Positions 45,596-55,962 of a DNA stretch of 64,000 bases are shown in pieces. The stretch's first letter is position 1; each line of letters begins with the position of its first letter. Origin of the DNA: Chloroflexota bacterium. GTDB taxonomy: Bacteria; Chloroflexota; Limnocylindria; Limnocylindrales; CSP1-4. A model generated the notes under the pieces. That model had not been told where the DNA came from. It did not search any database and worked only from the letters and a program-made list of their open reading frames with translations. Location of the stretch: the NCBI GenBank assembly GCA_017881915.1, contig JADGQK010000002.1, positions 18,326 through 82,325 on the forward strand. The letters are read 5' to 3'. Position numbers and translations under genes: made by a program.

Positions 45596-46588
45596 TCATG
45601 AGCCGGCCCCGCCCGCCGGTGCATCGCCCACGGCAGCAGGTGCATCGCTGAGCACCGAGGGGCCGTCGCTGAACGGGGCCAGGATCGCCAGCAGGGCAAC
45701 CCATCCCGACAGATAGAGCGATGGTGTCCCGATGATCGACACGATCACCGCTACGCTGAACGACCCGCGCGGCCAGCGACCGAGGCCGATCGCCACAAGG
45801 GTCCCTCCGATCAGGGTCGCCTCTGACAGCCACGGGATCCCGGTCAGGCCGGATAGGCTGGCGGTGGATGGCGCCGTGGTCGCGGCGACGTCGAGATACT
45901 CCCGGAACGAATTGAGGCCGGCGCCAATCACGCTGATCAGCAGAATCACGGCGACGCTCAGGGCGGCCGCCGCCACCGTCCGCCAACGACGGGTCCCGAG
46001 GAGCCAGCCGCCCAGGCTGGCCGGGGAGAGCTTGGTGCTGGCCATCAGGCCCACGGCCAGCCCGGCGAACCCGCGCTCGCGCAGCTTCCAGGCCAGGACC
46101 ATCAGGAGCGGGAAGAATGCCGCGACGTTGCCGGCGGCCAGTTGCTCGCCGATCGCGGGCGCGAGGAGGGTTGCGACGAGAGCACCCCGCATCCCGGTTC
46201 GGTAGACAAGGAAGAACGTCGTCCCGAGCAACGCCAGCCAGCAGGCAACCATCCAGGCGGCGAAGCCACCCGGGATCAGCACGATCGGTCGCCAGATCAC
46301 CGCAATCGGCGGCGGCGACAGGAGCGGCGCAGTGACGCCCTGGACGAACAGGACCGGTGGATCGCCCGGGCCCAGCTGGTACAGGTCGTGCCCGACGTTG
46401 AGGCGCACGGCGGCCGCCTGGTACCACAAGGCATCCTGGAACGGCTTGGCCAGGCTCACCGGCGTCGACATGAAGGTTAGGTACTCGGCGGCGATGAACA
46501 GGCCGAGGAGGCAGGGCACGAAGGCCAGGATCACCCGCAGCCGTACCGATCCGGAGCTGGCGCGCGGTGTGTCGGCGGGCATCGACAA
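45596..46588 (-). CDS. Polytopic membrane protein (about 9 TM helices); possibly DUF2029/GT-C-like glycosyltransferase
   Basis: Hydropathy and GC3 bias only; the family assignment is tentative. Confidence 0.5.
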   Translation of the reverse strand: MSMPADTPRASSGSVRLRVILAFVPCLLGLFIAAEYLTFMSTPVSLAKPFQDALWYQAAAVRLNVGHDLYQLGPGDPPVLFVQGVTAPLLSPPPIAVIWRPIVLIPGGFAAWMVACWLALLGTTFFLVYRTGMRGALVATLLAPAIGEQLAAGNVAAFFPLLMVLAWKLRERGFAGLAVGLMASTKLSPASLGGWLLGTRRWRTVAAAALSVAVILLISVIGAGLNSFREYLDVAATTAPSTASLSGLTGIPWLSEATLIGGTLVAIGLGRWPRGSFSVAVIVSIIGTPSLYLSGWVALLAILAPFSDGPSVLSDAPAAVGDAPAGGAGS

Positions 46589-46740
46589 GTCTCTCCTCGG
46601 CGTCTGGTGGGCTCAGGCTGACGCCGTGCGAGTCGGACTATCACCGGATTACCGCCGACCGACAAGCCCCCGGCCGGGTGGGGGCCACCGGTACCCGCGA
46701 GTGATGGTTGCGGTACCATCCCGGACCGGAGCTCGGCACG

Positions 46741-46815
46741 GCGGAGTAGCTCAGTGGTAGAGCAGGGGACTCATAAGCCCTTGGTCGCAAGTTCGACTCT
46801 TGCCTCCGCTACCAA
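46741..46815 (+). tRNA. tRNA with CAT anticodon (elongator tRNA-Met or lysidine-modified tRNA-Ile2)
   Basis: Cloverleaf: acceptor GGCGGAG/CTCCGCT (G1·U72), D-arm GCTC-AGTGGTA-GAGC, anticodon loop CTCATAA, T-arm GCAAG-TTCGACT-CTTGC, discriminator A, encoded CCA. C11-G24 argues against an initiator. G27·U43 wobble as in E. coli tRNA-Ile2. Confidence 0.85.
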
Positions 46816-47085
46816 CCCCTCCAATGTGGCACGGTCCTGGTCGTGAACCAGACGACCCCGAGAAGCTCTTCCGGCTCGTGGCCATCTGGTGCAGGTGCAA
46901 GCAAACGGCCAAGGGCGCGGCCGGCGTCCGATCGGCGCGCCTCACAACGATCCGCCGGGGCGTCCCACCCGTACTATCGGTGTACGACGATCACCGACTC
47001 GTCAGCGGGCCCGGATCAGGGCGGACGGTATACTCGGCTCGAGGCTGGCGCACGGTCGCCGGCCGAATGACTCGGAGGCTCCTAG

Positions 47086-48996
<1,911 letters not shown>

Positions 48997-49114
48997 CCTT
49001 CACGCCCGAGGGCTACTGGATGGGCGAGCCAGCGTGGCTCGCCCATCTCGATTCGGCGCGGCCGTACACTGACTGGACCAGTCAATCAACCGCCGCGAGG
49101 GCCGTCAGACCGCC

Positions 49115-50491
49115 ATGACCGACGAGCTCGAAACCTACCTGGCGACCACGGCCGATCGGCGCCTGGCCAGCTATCTCGAATTTCTCCGGATCCCGAGCAT
49201 CTCGGGCCAACCCGAGTACGCCGGGGCCTGTCGAGAGGCAGCCGAGTGGGTGGCCGGGCAGCTCACCTCAATGGGCGTCGAGCACGTCGAGGTTGCCGAG
49301 ACCGGCGGCCATCCGGTCGTCTACGGGGACTGGCTCCATGCACCAGGCGCTCCGACGGTGATCGTCTATGGCCACTACGACGTCCAGCCGGTCGACCCGA
49401 TCGAGCTGTGGGAGACGGCCCCTTTCGAGCCGTTCGTCAAGGGCGACCGGGTGATCGGACGCGGCTCGTCCGACGACAAGGGCCAGATCCATATCCACCT
49501 CCGTGCGACCGAGGCGATCCTGGCGACCCGCGGGGCGCTGCCGGTCAACCTCAGGTTCGTGTTCGAGGGCGAAGAGGAATCGAGCTCCGTCCACCTCGAT
49601 GCGTGGCTCGAGGCAAACCGCGAGCGGCTCACGGCCGACCTTGCCGTGATCAGCGACAGTGGCTTCTTCGACGGCAACCGACCGGCGATCACGGTCGGCC
49701 TGCGTGGGATCTGCTCCGTCCAGGTCGACGTGCGGACGACGGCCGTGGACCTCCACTCAGGCAGCTTCGGCGGAGCTGTCCAGAACCCGGCGAATGCCCT
49801 GGCCCAGATCATTGCGGCGCTCAAGGGACCCGACGGCCGGATCCGGGTGCCCGGTTTCTACGACGACGTCGTCGCGTTGACCGAGACGGACCGGGCGGCG
49901 TTCGCCGCGCTGCCATTCGACGAGGACGAATACCGGACGGCCCTCGGCCTGCCGGCTCTCGTCGGCGAGGCGGGCTATTCGACACTCGAGCGACGGGGCA
50001 GCCGGCCAACCCTTGACGTCAACGGGATCTGGGGTGGGTTCCAGGGCGCCGGCTCCAAGACGATCATCCCGGCTCACGCCCATGCCAAGATCAGCTGCCG
50101 GCTCGTGGTGGACCAGGAGCCGAGCACGATCTTCGAGCTGCTCCGCGCGTTCGTGCTGGAGGTGGCACCGCCGGGCTGTTCGGTCGAGGTCCAGGACCTG
50201 GGCGGAGGCCGGCCGAGCCTGACCGCGATCGATCATCCGGCGACCGAGGCCGCCGCCCGGGCCCTCGAAGCCACCTTCGGCGCGGCGCCGCTGTACATCC
50301 GCGAAGGTGGCTCGATCCCGGTCTGCGCCAGCTTCGAGACAATCCTGGGCCTGCCGGTTGTCCTCCTGGGCTTCACCCCGCCCGACGACAACGCCCACGC
50401 CCCGAACGAGTCGATGTCGCTGCCCAACCACGAGACCGCGATCCGGACCGTGGCGTCGTATTGGGACGAGCTCGCCCGCCTGCCTCGCTGA
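49115..50491 (+). CDS. M20A-family metallopeptidase (dipeptidase/desuccinylase-like)
   Basis: GHYDVQP, GRGSSDDKGQ, dimerisation domain, C-terminal …HAPNE…. Confidence 0.8.
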   Translation: MTDELETYLATTADRRLASYLEFLRIPSISGQPEYAGACREAAEWVAGQLTSMGVEHVEVAETGGHPVVYGDWLHAPGAPTVIVYGHYDVQPVDPIELWETAPFEPFVKGDRVIGRGSSDDKGQIHIHLRATEAILATRGALPVNLRFVFEGEEESSSVHLDAWLEANRERLTADLAVISDSGFFDGNRPAITVGLRGICSVQVDVRTTAVDLHSGSFGGAVQNPANALAQIIAALKGPDGRIRVPGFYDDVVALTETDRAAFAALPFDEDEYRTALGLPALVGEAGYSTLERRGSRPTLDVNGIWGGFQGAGSKTIIPAHAHAKISCRLVVDQEPSTIFELLRAFVLEVAPPGCSVEVQDLGGGRPSLTAIDHPATEAAARALEATFGAAPLYIREGGSIPVCASFETILGLPVVLLGFTPPDDNAHAPNESMSLPNHETAIRTVASYWDELARLPR

Positions 50492-50593
50492 ACCGGGGCT
50501 CCGCTGTGCGGAAATGTGGGGTCTGGACCGGTGATTCGGACCCCCCCGGGTGCTAGGATGCGGGGACTGGCACCACCGGGAGGATCCATTCGC

Positions 50594-51673
50594 GTGAGCA
50601 CCGAAGCAGCCGAGCCGGCCACCACCCAAAAGGGCGTGTGGCGGCTCGAGACCCCCAACGGCAGCATGGCGCCGCGATCGGCCCTTGACGTCCTGGTCGA
50701 CCTCAATGATCGCGTCACGAGCGGCAAGATTGGCGAGTTCCAGCCGATCCCCCTCGGCTTCACCCCGCTCGACAAGACGATCGGAGCTGGCCTCCGCCCG
50801 GGCGAGCTCCTCCTGATCGGTGGCGCCCAGGGCACCGGCAAGACCACGATGGCCCTGCAGATGGCTCGCAACGTCGCCTCGGCCGGCCAGGCCAACGTGC
50901 TCTACATCTGTTTCGAGCACGAGGAGCAATACCTGCTCAACCGGATGATCGCGATGGAGTCGGCGCTGGCCCATTTGCCCCACAAGACCGGCGCGATCAA
51001 GATCCAGGACGTCCGCAAGGAGATCCTGGGGTCGTGGCTGGCGGAGGGCCAGTCGGGGACCCAGTTGGCCAACAATCCCCGCCTTCGGCCGTCGCTCGAC
51101 CGGATCGCCCGCTACGGCCAGAACCTGTTCCTGCTGCGCGGCTCGCAGACCGCCAGCACGGTCGACAACATCCGCAACCTGGTCCGCCAGCATCGCGAAC
51201 TGTCGGGCGATCGCCGCCTGATGGTGATGGTCGACTACATGCAGAAGGTCCCGGTCATTCCGGAGCCGCCGACCGAGTCGGAGAAGGTGACCTACGTCGT
51301 CAACGGCCTCAAGGACATCTCCCTGTCCGAGGACGTGCCGATGATCGCGATCGTCGCGGCCGACAAGGAGGGCCTCAAGGCGGCCCGCCTGCGCAACCAC
51401 CACCTGCGCGGCTCATCGGCGATCAACTACGAGGCCGACATCATCCTGATCCTCAACGAGAAGTACAACGTCGTGGCCAAGGTGAACATCGAGTTCAACC
51501 CGTACCAGGCGCAGCGCTTCCGCGACTGGGTGATCGTGTCGGTCGAGAAGAACCGGGGCGGCCAGGACAATGTCGACCTGGAGTTCGAGAAGCATTTCGA
51601 GTTCTCCTGCTTCGATCCGAACGGTCGGACCGTTCAGGAGAAGCTGATCGAAGAGCGGCTCTACAACGACTGA
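50594..51673 (+). CDS. DnaB C-terminal-domain-like RecA-fold ATPase lacking the DnaB N-terminal domain (KaiC/RadA-superfamily)
   Basis: GAQGTGKTTMALQ (Walker A/H1), LYICFEHE (H1a), LMVMVDYMQ (Walker B/H2), VPMIAIVAADKEG (H3), RGSSAINYEADIILIL (H4), EKNRGG (arginine-finger region). GTG 50594 with GGGAGG upstream; alternative ATG 50666. Confidence 0.7.
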   Translation: MSTEAAEPATTQKGVWRLETPNGSMAPRSALDVLVDLNDRVTSGKIGEFQPIPLGFTPLDKTIGAGLRPGELLLIGGAQGTGKTTMALQMARNVASAGQANVLYICFEHEEQYLLNRMIAMESALAHLPHKTGAIKIQDVRKEILGSWLAEGQSGTQLANNPRLRPSLDRIARYGQNLFLLRGSQTASTVDNIRNLVRQHRELSGDRRLMVMVDYMQKVPVIPEPPTESEKVTYVVNGLKDISLSEDVPMIAIVAADKEGLKAARLRNHHLRGSSAINYEADIILILNEKYNVVAKVNIEFNPYQAQRFRDWVIVSVEKNRGGQDNVDLEFEKHFEFSCFDPNGRTVQEKLIEERLYND

Positions 51674-51677
51674 CGGC

Positions 51678-52205
51678 ATGGCTGGCTCCGGCTCATTCCC
51701 GGAGATCGTCGAAATCGTCGTCGAGATCCCGCGGGGCAGCCGCAACAAGTACGAGTACGACGAGCAAGCCGGCGTCTTCCGTCTGGACCGGGTCCTGTCA
51801 TCGGCCGTCTACTACAACTTCGACTACGGATTCATCGAGAACACGCGGGCGGGCGACGGCGACCACACCGATGCTCTGCTCCTGATCGACGAGCCGACGT
51901 TCACGGGTTGCCGGGTCTGGGGCCGCCCGATCGGCGGCCTCGAGATGCACGACGACCAGGGCCCCGACTTCAAGGTCCTGTGCGTGGCAGTCGGCGACCC
52001 ACACCAGGCCCACGTTGAGAGTCTTGACCAGGTCCGGCCGCACCGGCTCGTCGAGATTCGCCACTTCTTCGACACCTACAAGCTGCTCGAGGCGAAGGAG
52101 ACCGAGGTGCTCGGCTGGCGTGATGCCGAGGCCGCCCGCGAGATCCTGCTGGGCGATCGCGCGCGCTACCTCGGGGAGCGCACGGCCAAGACCCACCCCG
52201 GGTGA
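51678..52205 (+). CDS. ppa: Inorganic pyrophosphatase (family I)
   Basis: …KYEYD…, DGDHTDAL (DxDxxD), …HFF..YK… 175 aa. Starts 4 nt after the previous stop. Confidence 0.9.
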   Translation: MAGSGSFPEIVEIVVEIPRGSRNKYEYDEQAGVFRLDRVLSSAVYYNFDYGFIENTRAGDGDHTDALLLIDEPTFTGCRVWGRPIGGLEMHDDQGPDFKVLCVAVGDPHQAHVESLDQVRPHRLVEIRHFFDTYKLLEAKETEVLGWRDAEAAREILLGDRARYLGERTAKTHPG

Positions 52206-52852
52206 GCGAGGTTCGCGGCCGCCGTTTCCTGGCGGCGCACGATGAGCTCGGGGGACCCCGCCTGTTCGTTGCCGTGCCCCTGCCCGGACCGGCCAGGGCC
52301 GCGGTCGAGGCGCTTGTGGCCCGAGTCCGGTTGGCTCCGGAACCCGCCCAGGGTCAGCGTCGCGACACGCAGGATGTGCGTTGGGTCCGGATGGACGGCC
52401 TTCACCTCACGCTTCGCTTCCTCGGCCCAACCGACCCCGCCCGGCTCCCTCAGGCCCGCTCAGCGGTTACGGCCGCGGCGGCCGGGGTTGCCTCCTTCGA
52501 GATGGGCCTGGCCGGCGCCGGCGCGTTCCCCAACCCGGCTCGGCCGCGGGTCCTGTGGCTCGGGCTGGGACGGGGCCTCGAGGCGCTCGAGGCATTGTCC
52601 GTCCGGCTCTCGAGGGCGCTCGCCGACTGCGGTTGGCCTCACGACGATCGCCCCGTCCGGCCGCATCTCACCCTGGCGCGGAGCGACGGCGTGGCTGCCG
52701 GGTCGCTGGTGGCCGGTCGATTGCTGGCGGCCGCGGTGAACCTGGACTTGACCTGGACCGCGGACCGGATCGTCCTGTTTGAGAGTCAGACCGGTGGTGG
52801 GCCGGCCCGCTACCTGCCGCTCCTCGAGGTCCCGTTGGCGGGCCCAAGCTGA
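52202..52852 (+). CDS. thpR: RNA 2',3'-cyclic phosphodiesterase (LigT/ThpR 2H family)
   Basis: Two H-x-T-x motifs (HLTLRF and HLTLAR). GTGA overlap with the ppa stop. Confidence 0.8.
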   Translation: MSEVRGRRFLAAHDELGGPRLFVAVPLPGPARAAVEALVARVRLAPEPAQGQRRDTQDVRWVRMDGLHLTLRFLGPTDPARLPQARSAVTAAAAGVASFEMGLAGAGAFPNPARPRVLWLGLGRGLEALEALSVRLSRALADCGWPHDDRPVRPHLTLARSDGVAAGSLVAGRLLAAAVNLDLTWTADRIVLFESQTGGGPARYLPLLEVPLAGPS

Positions 52853-52881
52853 TCCGGCGCGACGCCGACGCCGACTCGGCG

Positions 52882-52887
52882 TAGGAT
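52882..52887 (+). promoter_or_regulatory. -10 hexamer TAGGAT 6 nt upstream of a GTG start (leaderless candidate)
   Basis: gcgTAGGATcaacctGTG. Confidence 0.3.
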
Positions 52888-52893
52888 CAACCT

Positions 52894-53181
52894 GTGCCCA
52901 GACTCGCCTGCCGGTCGTGTGGACGGCAGATCTACTCGACGGCTCAGCTCGAGTCGCTCTTCGGCGAAGAGCGTCGCTGTTCCCGCTGTGGGGCGAATCT
53001 CCATGAGGATCGGCGCGAAGGCGACCGACGAGTCGTGGCCCGCCGTACGAACCCGCCCGATGAGCCGGGCCCACCGGCTGTCACCGAACGACGGGCGAAG
53101 CCGCGCCGCGAGGGGCCGCGACGCAAGGATGGAGCGCGTTCGTCGACACCGGCCGGCAGCGCTGCCGGCTGGGTCGACTAG
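52894..53181 (+). CDS. Small zinc-ribbon protein (CxxC…CxxC) with basic, Arg/Pro-rich tail
   Basis: MPRLACRSCGRQIYS…CSRCGANLHE. 95 aa. GC3-biased. Fills the gap between thpR and tyrA; the opposite-strand ORF is antisense to tyrA. Confidence 0.5.
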   Translation: MPRLACRSCGRQIYSTAQLESLFGEERRCSRCGANLHEDRREGDRRVVARRTNPPDEPGPPAVTERRAKPRREGPRRKDGARSSTPAGSAAGWVD

Positions 53182-53193
53182 GCCACCTCGGCA

Positions 53194-54063
53194 TTGCGCC
53201 TGGCGATCGTCGGCCTGGGCCTGATCGGAGGCTCGATCGCCCGGGCGGTCCATGACGGCCCAGGTCGGGCCAGGTTCGAGTCCATCTCCGCCTGGAGCCC
53301 GAGCGGCCGCGGGCCGAGGGCGGCGCTGGCCGACGGAGCGATCGACCGGGCTGCGCCATCGCTGGCCGGGGCGATCGACCGTGCCGAGCTCATCGTGCTG
53401 GCTGCCGATCCGCTTGCCTGCCTCGGCCTCCTCGACGAGCTTGCCCAGCTGCCGGTCGCCGACGAGCGGCCGACGATCACCGATGTTGCGAGCACCAAGG
53501 CGCTCCTCCTTGGGCGGGCCGACCAGCTCGGCCTGAACTACGTGGGCGGTCATCCGCTGGCCGGCCTCGAGACGACCGGCTATGAGAATTCCCGCGCGGA
53601 TCTCTTCGTCGGACGGCCGTGGGTCATCTGTCCGGGCGCACTGGCCCGACCGGTCGACCTGGAACGGGTCGACGAGCTCCTGGCAGCCTGCCGGGCGGAG
53701 CGCCATTGGCTCGGAGCCGCGGAGCACGACCGGGCCGTCGCCGCGATCAGCCACCTGCCACTCGTGGTCGCCGCGGCCCTCGTCGAGTCCGTGAGCGCCG
53801 CCGAGGACTGGTCACTCGCCGAGGAACTGGCTGCAGGAGGCTGGCTGAGTGCTACCCGGCTGGCCCGGGGCGACGCGACGATGGGCGCGGGGATCGCGGC
53901 GACCAATGCCCCGGAGCTCGCCCGGCGTCTGCGCTCGCTGCACATCCAGCTCGGCGATTGGCTGGCCGACCTCGAAGCGACCCCCGCCGATCCGGCCGCG
54001 ACGGCGGACCGGATTCGGACTCGGCTGAGCGCGGCGAAGCGGGCGCTGGAAGCAGCCCAGTGA
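53194..54063 (+). CDS. tyrA: Prephenate/arogenate dehydrogenase
   Basis: N-terminal Rossmann IVGLGLIGGS, …DVASTK…, GGHPLAG catalytic His region. Confidence 0.85.
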   Translation: MRLAIVGLGLIGGSIARAVHDGPGRARFESISAWSPSGRGPRAALADGAIDRAAPSLAGAIDRAELIVLAADPLACLGLLDELAQLPVADERPTITDVASTKALLLGRADQLGLNYVGGHPLAGLETTGYENSRADLFVGRPWVICPGALARPVDLERVDELLAACRAERHWLGAAEHDRAVAAISHLPLVVAAALVESVSAAEDWSLAEELAAGGWLSATRLARGDATMGAGIAATNAPELARRLRSLHIQLGDWLADLEATPADPAATADRIRTRLSAAKRALEAAQ

Positions 54064-54653
54064 GCGAGCAGGTCCTCGTCGTGCCCCGCTCGGCGGTGAT
54101 CCCGGGCCGTGGCTGGCGCGGCGTCCGAACGGAGGCGCTCGAAGGCGTTCTCGACACGATTGTCCGCCAGGGCCGCTTCGAGCCGCGCTCGCTGGTCGAG
54201 TCGGATCCGCGCTGGAAGCAGGTCATCCCGTACCTCGTGGTCCGGGATGGGCCACGCTACTTCCTGATGCAGCGGACCCGCGGCGGAGCCGACGCCCGGC
54301 TGCACGACCTGTGGTCGATCGGAGTGGGCGGCCATGTGAATCCCGGGGACGGGGGGATCGATGGCGGTCTGCAGCGCGAGTGGCGCGAAGAGATCGACGC
54401 ACAATTCGAGCCCGACCCGCGTCTCTTCGGCCTGCTCAACGACGACCTGACCGAGGTGGGACGGGTCCATCTCGGGGTCGTGTTCGTGGCCGACGCCGCC
54501 GGACGGCCGCTGGCCATCCGCGAGACGGGCAAGCTCAGCGGCGCATTTGCGACGGTCAGCCAGGTCCGAGCCGTCGCCGATCGGCTGGAGACGTGGAGTC
54601 AGCTGGTCTTCGAACGGCTCGATGTTCCAGCCCGACGATCGGTGCGCCTATAA
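54060..54653 (+). CDS. NUDIX-family hydrolase
   Basis: Nudix box GGHVNPGDGGIDGGLQREWREEI (GX5EX7REUXEE). GTGA overlap with the tyrA stop. Confidence 0.7.
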   Translation: MSEQVLVVPRSAVIPGRGWRGVRTEALEGVLDTIVRQGRFEPRSLVESDPRWKQVIPYLVVRDGPRYFLMQRTRGGADARLHDLWSIGVGGHVNPGDGGIDGGLQREWREEIDAQFEPDPRLFGLLNDDLTEVGRVHLGVVFVADAAGRPLAIRETGKLSGAFATVSQVRAVADRLETWSQLVFERLDVPARRSVRL

Positions 54654-54696
54654 TCGGCCCGCCGAGCCGATGGACGGCTTCAACACTGGGGAGGCG

Positions 54697-55866
54697 ATGG
54701 CCGCGAAGATCCTCGTCATCGACGATGACCCGAATGTCCAGCGGCTGCTGACGTACACCCTCAAGCAGGAAGGCTACGAGGTCCTCGTGGCGTCCGACGG
54801 CGCCGAGGGCTTCCGGCTGTGGAGCGCGGAAGTGCCCGCGCTGATCCTGCTGGACATCATGCTCCCCAAGGTCGATGGCTACCAGGTCGCGACCAAGATC
54901 CGGGCCGAAGAAGGCTCGGCCGCCCATGTGCCGATCATCATGCTCACGGCCGAGCGCGAGGTAGAACAAAAGGTCCGTGGCCTGCGGGCCGGGGCCGATG
55001 ACTACCTGATCAAGCCCTTCCACCCGGCCGAGCTGCTCGCCCGGATCAAGAGCCTGCTCGCTCGTTTCGCGCCACGCGACCTGCTCGTCGGTCGGCCGCC
55101 CCTCGGACGCGTCCTTGCCTTCTATGGTGCGAAGGGCGGCGTGGGCACGACGACGATCGCGATCAACGCGGCGATCGCGCTCCATCGTGAGCTCGGCCGG
55201 AAGGTCGTGCTGGTTGACGCAAACCTCCAGTTCGGCGACCACCGGGTCTTCCTGGACCTTGGTCTCGATCGCAAGAGCATCATCGACGTCGTCACGGCGC
55301 CATCGATCGATCTGGATCTGATCAAGCAGGTCCTCGTCCACCATGACTCAGGGATCGACCTCCTCCTCGCGCCACCATCGCCCGAGACTGCCGAGCTGGT
55401 GACCGAGGAGCACATGCCCCAGATCCTCGATCACCTCCGCTCGCTCTTCGACTACGTGATCGTGGACATCGACAAACGCCTCGACGAGATCAACCTGAAG
55501 ATCCTCGACCAGGCCGACCAGTTCTTCGTCGTGATGACCGCCGACCTGTCGTGCCTCAAGAACGTCCGGCTCGTGCTCGAGACGATCGGCCACCTGGGTG
55601 TCGAGCCGGGCAAGGTCCACCTCGTCCTGAACCGCTCGAACGCATTCACCGGGATCAGCATGAAGAACGCCGAGAGCGCGCTGAAGCGGACGATCGAGTT
55701 CCAGGTGATCAACGAGTACCGGGGTGCCATCAGCGCGCTCAATAGCGGCGCGCCGTTCATGTACACCAAGGCGGACTCACCCCTCGGCCGGTCGCTCCTC
55801 GACTTCGGCCGGACGATCGACAAGACCGCATCGGGGACGCCCCAGCCGGCCCTCGGCACGCGCTGA
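54697..55866 (+). CDS. CpaE/TadZ-like protein: canonical receiver (REC) domain fused to a ParA/MinD-type ATPase (paralog of 32957..34102)
   Basis: REC with DDD, phospho-acceptor D in ILLDIML, T in IMLTA, K in LIKPF. Deviant Walker A FYGAKGGVGTTT. Alternative start ATG 54670. A TATAAT hexamer at 54649-54654 overlaps the nudix stop. Confidence 0.8.
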   Translation: MAAKILVIDDDPNVQRLLTYTLKQEGYEVLVASDGAEGFRLWSAEVPALILLDIMLPKVDGYQVATKIRAEEGSAAHVPIIMLTAEREVEQKVRGLRAGADDYLIKPFHPAELLARIKSLLARFAPRDLLVGRPPLGRVLAFYGAKGGVGTTTIAINAAIALHRELGRKVVLVDANLQFGDHRVFLDLGLDRKSIIDVVTAPSIDLDLIKQVLVHHDSGIDLLLAPPSPETAELVTEEHMPQILDHLRSLFDYVIVDIDKRLDEINLKILDQADQFFVVMTADLSCLKNVRLVLETIGHLGVEPGKVHLVLNRSNAFTGISMKNAESALKRTIEFQVINEYRGAISALNSGAPFMYTKADSPLGRSLLDFGRTIDKTASGTPQPALGTR

Positions 55867-55949
55867 GCACGAGCGCCATCGGCGCGCGCCCGGCACGGGG
55901 CACGGCCCGCGATCCGATCCGGCAGCACGGGCGGATGATCCCGGCCCGC

Positions 55950-55955
55950 TACCCT
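55950..55955 (+). promoter_or_regulatory. -10 hexamer TACCCT 7 nt upstream of the uvrD2-like ATG (leaderless candidate)
   Basis: gcTACCCTtggggccATG. Confidence 0.25.
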
Positions 55956-55962
55956 TGGGGCC

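Noticed and set aside
49757-51403. 548-aa minus-strand ORF
   Set aside because: Antisense to the M20 peptidase and DnaB-like genes. Composition typical of GC-rich antisense frames.
52810-53754. 314-aa minus-strand ORF
   Set aside because: Antisense to tyrA and the small Zn-ribbon gene. No motifs.
54649-54654. Perfect TATAAT hexamer upstream of the second cpaE-like gene
   Set aside because: It overlaps the NUDIX stop codon (cTATAAtcg) and may be coincidental. The spacing to either candidate start (54670 or 54697) is not the leaderless 6-8 nt, so it is kept only as a note.
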